A stretch of DNA of 63,766 nt, the filler included, from Olpidium bornovanus S191 (taxonomy: Eukaryota; Fungi; Olpidiomycota): NCBI GenBank assembly GCA_017911155.1. It is 32 parts of 32 records of this genome, joined end to end, with 100 filler letters (N's around TTAATTAATTAA, not from the genome) between each part and the next. Parts side by side here need not be neighbours in the genome. Positions count along the whole stretch, not along the records: positions 46,404 to 48,328 come from JAEFCI010009434.1; positions 48,429 to 50,592 come from JAEFCI010004142.1; positions 50,693 to 52,387 come from JAEFCI010003556.1; positions 52,488 to 53,638 come from JAEFCI010004354.1; positions 53,739 to 54,884 come from JAEFCI010003195.1; positions 54,985 to 58,115 come from JAEFCI010002547.1; 26 more parts are not named here. The stretch is one strand, 5' to 3'. The first letter of the stretch is position 1, and each line of letters begins with the position of its first letter. A program made the position numbers and the translations under genes. Below the pieces are notes generated by a model that saw nothing but the letters and a program-made list of their open reading frames with translations, was not told where the DNA came from and did no database searches. Shown here piece after piece: positions 46,404 through 57,124 of this stretch.

Positions 46404-47822
46404 AACGGTGCCATCGTCGTCCTTTGAATGCGTAAATTGGGGGGCAACGCAGGAATTGGTCACGGTCAGGCGCTACTGCAACGTTCCTTAGATTTCCAAG
46501 CCGGTTGTTGTTGCGCAAGTCATGGACTAGGCACCAGCTTTTCAACCCACCAGGTTGATGACCTCAAAGAACTCCGTCAGTTGGGTCCATATCCTCTTCT
46601 GTATCTCCTTCTTTTCCTCTTCGTATTTCGCCACTGCGCGCTCAATTTCCGCCTCTGCACACTTGTGGAAATTCTCCACCTTTGATTTCCACTCCTGTTT
46701 CTCGGCTTCAAGGACATGGGGCTCATTCTGTGCGCGTTCCTGATGCCACACAAAAGATTTAGTTTGTCAGCGCTGACTGGTAATTAGGTTACGAAAAATT
46801 GGGTGCACGCGTGATTTTCCCCTCTTTTTATTTCTTTTCTTACTTTGAACGTCTGCATTCTTCGACGCTCCTCCTCGGCTTTTTCAAGCTCCGTCGTCTT
46901 TTTTTGAAGTGTCCGCCGCAGCTCTGTTTATCGAAAAGAGCCAGACGATGCGAATATAAGATTTTGGTCCTCCGGTTTTTAATAACCGTCCGAAAGCAAT
47001 CCAGCTGTCGCCGAAAACTGCGACATTCACTACACCTTCGCAGCGACCTTCCAGCTCGTCTTTCAAGCCTTCAAGGCTCAGCTTGTACCGCCGACGGTTC
47101 CGCCGCCTTTTTGAGTACAACTTCCGCATTTCCGTCTCCTGCTCGGTGGCTTTGTCGAGCAGGACAGCAGACTCGTCGTTTGCTGCCTTCACCAGCGTCC
47201 CGTGCATCTTCCGCAATGAGTCGTTCTCTTCCTGCCTTCGGATCCCGCGAATTTCACATTGCGTTCGGGCGTGAACGGAGACGACGATCGGGGTCACGGT
47301 CCGTGGTGCGGTCCTTGCGATGTTCATCAACCCCCCGGAAAAGAAAAAGAAACGGTACGCATCGCATCGAAAAGGGGAGAACAGGTGGGGTCGCGCGGAC
47401 ATCTCCTCAACCCTCGTTTTCGCGTCCTTGAGGGTCTCCGCCTTCGTTAGAACTTCGAGTTTGAGCTGCTCCAGTCTCTCCTGCCGCTTCCTCTTGGCGG
47501 CCGCGTGCTTGGTCGCCTGCACGCCGGTTCGGCGGGGCCTCCGTAAACCTCCGCCGGCGGGGGGGCCAGCGATGCCGCCGGGAACCGGTTTGTCGACCTT
47601 GGCCCACAGCTTGATGATCCTGTCGGCAAACGCCCTTTTGGCGTTGGCCACTCCCACCGCTCTTCTGCCCCATCTCCCTTCCGTGATCGCTTTGTAATAC
47701 TCGTGGTAGAGGGCCGGCAACGAGCTCGGCAGTTTGTCCACAGAGTCGGAGAGGGGCATCGGCGACCCGTCGGCGACCCTCGGCGCCGTGCGCCGCCGAG
47801 GGAAGAACGTCGAGAGCGCCAT
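46404..47822 (-). CDS. coiled-coil hypothetical protein, multi-exon, 3-prime truncated
   Basis: ATG at 47822. E/K/R-rich heptad-like exons: RKRQERLEQLKLEVLTKAETLKDAKTRVEE; EENDSLRKMHGTLVKAANDE; LEAEKQEWKSKVENFHKCAEAEIERAVAKYEEEKKEIQKRIW. Confidence 0.6.
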
Positions 47823-49073
47823 GTCAAAAAATTTCGGGCGGCCGACGAGCGCCGCGAAGGAGGCGAGGTCCCTGAGTTGTTACAAGGAAGGTGGAAAGTG
47901 AACGGCCCGCCGGCACCGTCTGTCCCCGTTTCCCGGATATCAATACCGCAAGAGACCCAAGGGTGTGGCGCGATCGGGGCAGCGGCGGCCCTGCCGCCCT
48001 CGCTACAGCTGCTGGCCGGCAGGGCCTTGTGCGCAAGTGTTTTCCGGCTCCGGGGACCGGCCGGCACGCACCAGCCCAAGGTCGCAAGTGCGGGGGATGT
48101 GTGGCGGTGGCCGGTGACCCGGGCGGGAGACCGAAGCGGCGCTTGCAATCGAGCGTTGCGGTTCAGAAAAAAAAAAATCTGGGCTTGCCTTGCCTAATTT
48201 CCACCCTCCCCCTCTCGCCCACCGCATCCAAATGGTTTAAACCTCCCGGAGTGTGCAATCCCGGCGGCAACTTCTTATCAGAAGCCATTCCATCGAGGGA
48301 GCGACAATTGGCGCGTTTTACTTCCATGNNNNNNNNNNNNNNNNNNNNNNNNNNNNNNNNNNNNNNNNNNNNTTAATTAATTAANNNNNNNNNNNNNNNN
48401 NNNNNNNNNNNNNNNNNNNNNNNNNNNNCATGGGTTTTCCATAACTTTTTTCGGTGTTAAACGCGGAACTCGCCGATGTCAATGGCACACACGCTGGTAT
48501 TGCTGAGCTTTCCTCAAAGTCCCCGTTCCCCCCGCGCAATCACAAATTCTCCACACGCGAAAGTCGCTCCGGAGGGAAAAAAAAAAAAAAAAAAAAAAAA
48601 AGAAGGCGCGCTCAGGAGAAAAAAAGGACACCGCGGGGACATTGGGGGGTTTTGCCGCCGCGGCGAGGCCGGCCGGCCGGCCGGTCAATCCGACGAGAAG
48701 GCAGGCGAACGCGGGCAGGTGATGCTGGCGATCGCCGGCGCGCGCGGCTTGTCCACGCGCGGAGACCGAATTCTGCTCCGTCTGGAAGACGGTTTGAAGG
48801 GCAGGGGAGATTGCGTTTATCATTTTTTTTTTCCGCTTTTCCCTGCGCAAACGCGTTTTTCTTTCCGCCGCGTGCCGCGTGCCGCCCGCCCCGCTCGGGG
48901 CCTTCACGGCGGAGTCTCTGACGCCACGCGCACGCGCTCACCCACAAACGCGCTGACTCTCTCTCTCTCTTACACACACACATCCTCTCGCACGCACACA
49001 CACACACTCACACACAAACACACACACACACCCGCCCGGGCGATCCCGCGGCCAAACTGCCGGCTTGGCCTCA

Positions 49074-50032
49074 ATGACCACCAAGCAGCAGCAGGCGCTG
49101 CTGCCGACCCCGGGGGACGCCGGCGCAGCGCCGGCGAGTCCCGCCGCGGGCGCGACCTCCGGCGTCGGGCCGAACGCCGGGGCGGGGCAGGGGGCGAACG
49201 ACCAAGGCGCCGCGGCGGGCGGCGGAAGCGGCGGAAGCGAAGGGCAGCCGCCGCCGCTGCCGCAGCAGGCGCAAGCGCAGGCGGCGGAGAACGTCGCCGA
49301 CGTCGGGACGATCGGGCCGGACGTGATCACGGGGCTGTCGTCCACGGCGCACAAGCACTTCGGATTCACCAAGGCCATTGAGGTGACTCCCGCCTCCGCC
49401 TCCCCGCACCATTCTTACGGCCCCCCCCCCCCCCCCCCACCCCGTGTATTCCTTTCTTTCTTTTTCCGCGGAAGGTGCGGGAGTTGTTCCGGGGAGAATG
49501 CCGTGATCCTGCTTTTTTTCGTATCCCCGTTGACCATCGCCGAGTGTTCCACCCCCCCCCCCCCCCCCCCCCCCCCCGCCCCCCCCCCCCCCCCCCCCCC
49601 CCACGCGCCGTCACCCCCCGTCTTTCCGGCTTTTGAAAAAGGACGTCCTGAACGCCGAGCGGGCGGAGCTCCGCGAGAAGCTGAAAACCTCCTGCCCACA
49701 AGGCCTCCCCGCCCGGAGTTACCTGGAGCACACCGTCGTGCCGGTTCTGCTCGAGGGCCTGAAAGCCCTGGTGAAGGAGAGGTGGGTGCGCCCCCACACC
49801 CACCCCCCCTTCCGCCGGGTTTTCCCCCCCGGGACGTCCCGCCCGGACGAAATTTTCCCGGCCTCCCACCGCCCCACCCTCACCCTGTTCTTTCCGTCGC
49901 CGCCGCCGCCGCCCGTTTTGCCCGGAAAATCGCTTTTTGTTTCGCTCGGATCCGGCCCGCAGGCCGCCCAACCCGACGGAGTACCTCGCCGTGTACCTCC
50001 TCAAGAACGGGAAAAAGGGATGCGCGTTGTGA
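49074..50032 (+). CDS. SDC1: Dpy-30 motif protein (COMPASS subunit Sdc1/DPY30), 3 exons
   Basis: QGLPARSYLEHTVVPVLLEGLKALVKER/PPNPTEYLAVYLLKN is the Dpy-30 dimerisation motif, preceded by an A/G/Q-rich N-terminus. Confidence 0.9.
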
Positions 50033-51120
50033 ACCCGGTTTTTCCAGATACCAACCCCGCGCCGCGCGCGCGTCGACGCCGTTAAAAAAAAAAAAAAAAT
50101 AATAAAGAAAAAGAAAAAAAATAAAAGAGATGGCGCGAAGGCGGGGTGCGGGGTGGGGGGGGCGAAGTATAAAATTTGCGAATCAGGCGAAACCCCACCA
50201 CCCCCCGTCTGCTGACCCGGAAAAAAGCTTTCTTTTTTATTTTTTTTTTTATTTCTACGGTAAGCGCTCGCGTCGGCGCGGCGGCGTGCGATCGGACCGC
50301 GCCGCGCGCATTTCCGGGCTTGCCACCCGGAAAGCGCCGAAAACCTCCCGTTATGCGGGACGGGGGTGGTGCAAGCCATGGGGTTCAGCTCGAGTTCCGC
50401 GCGCTGCCCCGTCCCCGCGTCCGCATCCCGTCGTGCGCGCCCCTCCTTTTCCCCGCCCCCAAATCCCGAACAAACAACGAACTGTGCCGACCCCCCGTGA
50501 AAAGGCTCCAGGAGTCTCCCCCCCCCGTCAGCCTTCCAAGGTCCACATCCCGCCAATTCTCTCTCGCCCGGCCGGCCGGTGTGAAGGGGGGGNNNNNNNN
50601 NNNNNNNNNNNNNNNNNNNNNNNNNNNNNNNNNNNNTTAATTAATTAANNNNNNNNNNNNNNNNNNNNNNNNNNNNNNNNNNNNNNNNNNNNCCTCCCCC
50701 CTCCCCCCGCCGCTCCTCCGCCCTCCCCGCGCTCTCTCCAACTCCCGTCCCCCCTCCCCCGGCTCTCGCGGTCTCGCCCCCCCTCCCCGCCGCCAAAACC
50801 CTCGGTCGTTCCCCGCGTGCGCCCACGCCGGCGGAACCCGCACGGTCCCTCGGGGCCCTCCGGCGCCTCTGACCAACTGCCCGAAACCTCCCGAGCGTCG
50901 ACCCCGGCGCCGGGGTTTTTTCTTCCCTTGAGTTTCCTTGCCTCTATTCGGTAAACTTTACAAGCTCTTTTTCCTTCTCTCTCTTTCTCTCTCCCTCTTC
51001 TCCCCTCTCCCTCCCTCTCTCCTCTCTCTCTCTCTTCCACGTCGCTCGTCCTCTCGTCGCCGCTCAGAACCTCCTCTCTCGCCTCTCCCTGGCCGGACCG
51101 CCCCGGGATCCGCCTCCACA

Positions 51121-52069
51121 GGTCTTTTTTTCGGCCGGGGAGCACCAAAAGAAACCGTTCCGGTTCGAGGAGGAGGCGCTGACGTTTGGTCAGAGGCAGG
51201 AAGAGATCCTCCGGAAGATGGAAAGGATTTCCCGGAAGGAAGAAGTTATCAGGCGGATGATGATCGAGCTCGAGAAGGAGACACGGGAGGTCAATGAGAT
51301 GCAGACGAAATTGGACGCAGACTATCCCCGAGAAACCGTGAAAAGGGACAACGCGCAGAACGGGACCTGCGGCGAGAAGCTGAAGGTCCTCCTCAGGGCG
51401 AATCGGGGCTGCGTCAAATTGCCCGGATCAGTCTGCTTCTGCGCTGTCGGGATCACAACGAGGCTGAACTATGCCTTGCCCACTACGCTTACACCGAACG
51501 CAGGATGTCCCGTTCCTGCGCGAGAACGCGGAAGGCAACAGCTGCAGCGCACGAGCGAATGTCCGTGCTGTTCATTTTCGACATCCTCCCTCCGTTGCCC
51601 CCCCCCCCGCCCCTCTTTGGCTATCACGTGCCCGAACCTGCGCCAAATCCCGAAGTACGCTGACTGTCTCACCGCCCTCCCGCCCAACGCAGAAAGTTCC
51701 GGTCTCAAACAGAGACAACGCGGAAGGAAACCGGCGTCTGGAAGCGAACAAAGATGACGCGGGAGGAAGAGGTCGTTCTGAAGCGAACAAAGACGGCGCA
51801 GAAGGCAGCAATATTTCAAAAGAGAACGTAAAGGTACCGTACATTTCGTATCTCAGATTTCTTTTTGCCGGGCCTGTGCCTGCCCTGCTCGGCATCTAAA
51901 TTTTCCGAAAAACATTGCTAGTTGATCACGCCGACTGATGGCTTGACGGTTCGACCGGAGACCGGGATAAGTAACATTGCGGACCTACAAAAGGGTGCGA
52001 CGGGAGCCCGGCGCGACTTCCGTGCTGCTACCAAAGAAGATCTGTCGGACCGCGCCAAAAGCCGGAACG
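51121..52069 (+). CDS. hypothetical multi-exon protein fragment
   Basis: Splice-bounded open segments VFFSAGEHQKKPFRFEEEALTFGQRQEEILRKMERISRKEEVIRRMMIELEKETRE; KVPVSNRDNAEG...KENVK; LITPTDGLTVRPETG...AKSRN. Confidence 0.45.
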
Positions 52070-52487
52070 GTATGCGTTTTCTCTGTCGCAATTATCGCGA
52101 CAATGCGCAATGAGCAAGCCTGACCAAGATGCCAGGTTCAGAACTTCCACCTGATGTGACTCCCTATGCGGAAAAACGCAATCCGGTGCACGAACCTCGC
52201 GAAACCAAGTCATTGAGGGCTGCCGCAGAGCAGAAATGTACGGGACCAGTTTGAGGAGCGTGAGATGGCCCAGCCGTGACAATGGGTTTAATGATGTACC
52301 AATCTTTGCAGCGAACGCATGCCCCAAAAGCGAATTTTTAAACGAAGAGAAGCCGGCTGCCGGGGGCGAACGTCATGTGAAGAAAGCNNNNNNNNNNNNN
52401 NNNNNNNNNNNNNNNNNNNNNNNNNNNNNNNTTAATTAATTAANNNNNNNNNNNNNNNNNNNNNNNNNNNNNNNNNNNNNNNNNNNN

Positions 52488-53577
52488 CATGCCTGTGGTA
52501 ATTTTCTCCAGAATTCCTGAGCTCAACAACGCTTTACCGAATGTCTGGGACACGGCGCAGATCTTTTCCGCCCCGTGTATCGCCGCTTCAAGTTCCAGCT
52601 GACCGCAGGACGGAGATTTCAACCTCTTGATAATGCTTCGGGGGACGATACGAAAGGAGCGGGAACATGAGAACCTCGCAGATTTTGGAAACCCGCTCGC
52701 GCAAAGCGCTACAACCCCGCCGAACGTGGATGTTCCTCACTTTTGTTGGATGTTAACGCGCTCCGCCATCGTGAATCCGACGCATCCAAGCGTCCTGTGC
52801 AGCCCGGATTGTTCAGAGCGGGAGCGGGGGACGGGGAGGGCCGGGTACCCAACAAGGTAGCGACGGGCACAGCGACTAACCGCAACGCAAGCGCCCTGGC
52901 TAGAGGTTCGGTGGACTCCAGCACATACGAGATGGACTTGACGACTTCGTCGGCAGTTAGGAGCTTTCGCAGGTGGGCGTGAGATCGCTCGAAAACGCGG
53001 AAGATGTGGTAGCGGACCAAGTTGTTGCTGTGCCGCGGAGTTTGAGAAGTTTTCCGCAGGGTGAGCGCGGGAGATGTCCGAAAAGACGCGGGCGGCGGGA
53101 CAAGTGACCGCCGTTGCGCGGGAACCGAGGCGGCCGTTTGTCGGCAGGATGCACGAAGCGGAGAAGGGGGGAGGGGGGGGGGGGGGGGGGGGGGGGAGGG
53201 GGGGGGAGGGAGGGAAGGTGAAAGGTAGTGCAGAACGAATCGCTGCACCATACTACGGCCGTCTACCTCGTCGTCCTAAACCAGTCGGCCAGCTTCAAAA
53301 ACCCGGCGTTGATGACAGTGGGAAACGGCTGCTCTTCGAACAACTGGCCGAACAGTTCGACGGCCTGCAGCTGCAAGCCCGGCTCGCCGGATCGGTACGC
53401 GGCCTCCAGCGTCGCGAGCTTGACAAGACCGCCGCGGCCGAAAGACGCGTCCGCGGACAGAGAGGGCGCCGCCGCTTCGGCGGAGCCGGCGGCGGGGACG
53501 GCAGCCGGCGCGCGCCTGCGGCCGAGACGCCCGTGCGGAGGAGGAGGAAGAGGAGGAGGAGGAGCGCCGCCAAACAT
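52488..53577 (-). CDS. INTS7: Integrator complex subunit 7 homolog, N-terminal HEAT region, 4 exons
   Basis: Spliced LATLEAAYRSGEPGLQLQAVELFGQLFEEQPFPTVINAGFLKLADWFRTTS/NNLVRYHIFRVFERSHAHLRKLLTADEVVKSISYVLESTEPLARALALR/TLGCVGFTMAERVNIQQ/NIIKRLKSP...LELEAAIH is collinear with the metazoan INTS7 N-terminus (PFPILINSAFLKLADxFRxGNN...DPVARAITLR). Confidence 0.88.
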
Positions 53578-53738
53578 CGCGGCGAGCTGACCGGCGAGCG
53601 GGCCGTCGGCGGCGGCCGGGACGTCGACCGACGCGGGGNNNNNNNNNNNNNNNNNNNNNNNNNNNNNNNNNNNNNNNNNNNNTTAATTAATTAANNNNNN
53701 NNNNNNNNNNNNNNNNNNNNNNNNNNNNNNNNNNNNNN

Positions 53739-54713
53739 CATGTAAAAGAAGATGTCAGCTGATTTCTTTTACTTGGACAATACAACAAAAAAGGGTCAAG
53801 ATCTTCGCGTGCATAATTCTTGCAAACTGCCATCCACTCCTCAGCTTTCCGTTATCGTTCCCCACCTTCTCGCGGACTACCCAGCTTTGGTGACCGAGCG
53901 CAGCGGTCTTGAAGTCATTCTCCAGAGATGCGAGCAGCGCGGCTGACGTCGAAACGGTCGCGTCGTGCTCCCCTAAGGAAAAAGCCACCGACCAGAACTT
54001 CACCAAGACATCACGTGCCGCCTCGAGTGACTGGTACGGGTCGGTCAGGCGGTCTATAACTGTGCGGTGGAGCTGCGGGATCACGTGAGTGTTTAACATG
54101 TCAGGCGCTTTCCGCTGCACTTCGACCATCAACGGCCCTAAAACGTCGAGCGCCGCCGTCGACAAGTCCGCTTCATAATGGTTGATCGCTTGCTTCACGG
54201 CAAGGATGATATCATGGAGCACGTCAGCCTGGTAGTTAAGGGACAAGAGTGAAAAGACAGCACGTGAGGAAGGCCTCCGCATGACGTCCGGGAAGCAGGG
54301 GCTTTGAGGTCAGGCAGAGTACCTGGAAACGAACGTTTCTCGTTTGTAAGTCGGCACGAAACGAATAAAACGCGTCCAGCTTGTGATCTATGTGCAAGGA
54401 ACTCCAAGCGGTCAGTAACCCTCGTGCCCGCGCGTCGCGCGTCTAAGAATTCGGGAGCGGGCGGGCATGCCGCGCGCGTCGCGCGTCCCAAGAACTCGGG
54501 GACGGGCGGGCATGCCGCGCGCTTCGCGCGTCCCAAGAACTCGGGGGCGGGCGGGCATGCCGCGCGCTTCGCGCGTCCCAAGAACTCGGGGGCGGGCGGG
54601 CATGCCGCGCGCTTCGCGCCTCCCAAAAAGAGCTCGGCCAGCGGGGCCCCACCTGTCTTGCGGTGCGTCAGGTCGCGGAGGACGTGGTCGAAATCCACAG
54701 CGGGGTCGACCAT
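53739..54713 (-). CDS. STU1: CLASP/Stu1 microtubule-associated protein, N-terminal TOG-like domain
   Basis: MVDPAVDFDHVLRDL/DHKLDAFYSFRADL.../DIILAVKQAINHYEADLSTAALDVLGPL...VIDRLTDP...AARDVLVKFW...LENDFKTAALGHQSWVVRE matches the HEAT pattern of Stu1/CLASP N-termini. Confidence 0.7.
54430..54625. repeat. intronic GC-rich 45-bp minisatellite, about 4.5 copies
   Basis: Unit cgcgcttcgcgcgtcccaagaactcgggggcgggcgggcatgccg, lying in intron 1 of the STU1-like gene. Confidence 0.92.
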
Positions 54714-55433
54714 GGCGGCGGCCTGGCGGGTGCCGTGCCGTTTCCCCCTTTCCCCGCCGGTGCTGCTGCTGGCTGCCCCTTTCCCGCTGTGCTGTCGCCC
54801 TTTCCCGCCTCGCAAGACTGCGGCAAGTCGGGGGAGGTGGTGGGGAAGGGGGGGGGACGGGGGGGGGGGGGGCGGGGGGGGGGGNNNNNNNNNNNNNNNN
54901 NNNNNNNNNNNNNNNNNNNNNNNNNNNNTTAATTAATTAANNNNNNNNNNNNNNNNNNNNNNNNNNNNNNNNNNNNNNNNNNNNCATGATGACAATGTAT
55001 CGTGGGCGTGGTTCCTTCCTCGTGCTTCCCCCACTTGCAACATCATCCTCCCGCACCTGTATCCCTTCGTTTCCTCATCCCTGAAGAACGCGTTTCCATC
55101 GAGCTCCCACCTCTTTGCCAGTCTTCAGGTGCAGAAACTTCCTCCTCAGGCAATTTCCCCAAAGATTTCCATCAACTAAATGAAGCCATCGACGGCAATT
55201 ATCGGCTTTTGCGCGCCTCCTCCCGCTGTCCGAGGCGGCCAGTTTCATCCAACAACGGAACGAGACCGTCGTGAAGCTTCCCTCGCGTCACAGAACTTCC
55301 CGCATTTCGCAGAATTTCCGGGACTGTATTTGGGTTTGAACTGTCATTCAACTCCCGCGCCTCCCAAAGCCTCCAGACCGTAGGCGCAAACAGCGATGTT
55401 TTCCTTAAAATGCTGTACACGATGCATAATATT

Positions 55434-56150
55434 TTATCTTCGTTTTCCCCTCTGCTTTTTCTTCCCCTGCTGCTTCCCTTGGCCCTTGTTGGATGGGGGG
55501 CCAGAACTTTCGGCTGCGGTTGCAGCTGGCGTTCGTGGTTCCGTTGGGGCCTGCGCCGGTACCGCATCCTGAGGACCTCCTGGAGCTTTGGGCAAGTCGG
55601 CGCCCGCTGTCGCAGCAGGCATTTCTGGGAAAAACCCAGGATGGAAAAATCGTCAGTTCCTTCTGAGGCAGTACCAGCTGCTCTCCCACTGACAGCTCTA
55701 ACCATGTTACCAGCGGCTACGCCCAGCGGTCTGTTTTGCATCTGCCTCATCAAATATTTGTTCAGCCGCTCAAATTTTTTCAGGTCTGCCGCCTGGTCCG
55801 TCCAGAACTTTAACACCTGAGCACGCCCGGTTCGAAACGTCAGGCAGGAATAACCTTTCGCTGGAACGTTTGGAGCTCCCCTCAGACGGGCCCACGCACC
55901 GTTTTGTCATCCGTGACCTTGAACACGAGGCACCCGTCCACGCGCCGGATGTTGACCAGGTAGCGGGCCTGGATGTGTGGAGAAACGTCCCGCTCGTGAG
56001 TTGGGTGTTCTCGACGGGGGCGAACAAACACGGCGCCCGCGCCACTGTAGCGGATAGCGCGACGCACACTTTGCTTACCTTGGCCGGCGAGTTCCCGTAC
56101 AGAATCTCCACCGCGGACTGGAACTCGTCCCAGGTCTTTATGTAGCCCAT
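55434..56150 (-). CDS. SRP21: signal recognition particle Alu-domain subunit SRP9/Srp21
   Basis: MGYIKTWDEFQSAVEILYGNSPAK/ARYLVNIRRVDGCLVFKVTDDKT/VLKFWTDQAADLKKFERLNKYLMRQM, with a fungal-type A/P-rich and basic C-terminal extension. Confidence 0.93.
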
Positions 56151-56305
56151 TTGGACGAGCCGAGCGGCGGTCGCGGTCTCGGCTGCGCGCGCGGCCTGTG
56201 CGGCGCGTTCGTCAATCTGGTAGGAAACAGACGCGCAACGTGCGTAGGGCCGCGGACGGCCTCCCGAACGCATTCCTGCCCAGTTTTTAACGTCACATCA
56301 GCAAG

Positions 56306-56315
56306 GTCACGTGAT
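56306..56315. promoter_or_regulatory. GTCACGTGAT E-box upstream of SRP9/21
   Basis: About 155 bp upstream of the minus-strand ATG at 56150. Confidence 0.5.
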
Positions 56316-56444
56316 CGGGCTTCCCCAGGTCGCCTCTCTGGCGGTCGTGCCGCAACAAACTCGCGTGTTCATTTCTTAGCTCCCGATGCTTTCCGTTGCG
56401 CCCGTCATGGTCGCACACATTCAAGTTCGCCTGAGTCTTTTTTG

Positions 56445-56772
56445 CTAAGTTTCCTCATGTGGCGCGGCAGTGTCACGCCGACCGGCCGGCACCAACATGG
56501 TTAGATGCGTCTGTGTGACGTCGCGGCGGGGTGGGCGAAGGGCTGTCCGCGTGATGTCAAGTGGGGGACAAGGGGAGGAACTCAATCCCGGGTAAGGCCC
56601 CAAACCGTCAGTCCCAAACGTGAGCCCCTTGGCGTGGATCTCCAGCCGTGCGTACGCGTGGCTAAACCCGTTGCCCGTGCGGGCGAGAAGGAAGATGTGC
56701 GCGGCGATCACCTCCACGGTCAGGGTATTTTCGGGTGCCGGCGCGGCGTCGTTGCCGCCGCCGGCGCTCCCG
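56445..56772 (-). CDS. possible C2-domain-like exon
   Basis: NTLTVEVIAAHIFLLARTGNGFSHAYARLEIHAKG resembles the first strands of a C2 domain (LtVxVxxA...GxSxxYxxl). No clear start or continuation. Confidence 0.3.
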
Positions 56773-57088
56773 CTTTTTCAACAGTCTCGACATCGATCTC
56801 CGTTAGTTCCTTCCCCCTTCCCCCCTTTCTACCCCTCTCCCCACCCGCCAGCCCGCCCCGCCCGCGCGCCGAGGTCGGACGAAGAAACGACGTTTGACAG
56901 TCGAAAACGGCGCAACGGCGGGGGGAATCGACAGCAGCCGTCCGCCGTCAACCGTCGCCAGAGGTGATCGCTGGAGACCTCCGGCCGCGAGGCGTCTTTC
57001 CTTCCTCCTCTTCTCGCTTTTCTCTGCTGCGGAAGGGTTGGTACGCGCGCGCGCGTGTCCCCATTCATCCAGTTTTGCCTGCAAAACA

Positions 57089-57124
<36 letters not shown>

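Noticed and set aside
54430-54625. 45-bp repeat as a CRISPR array
   Set aside because: Units are head-to-tail with no unique spacers, lie in a eukaryotic intron, and no cas genes are present.
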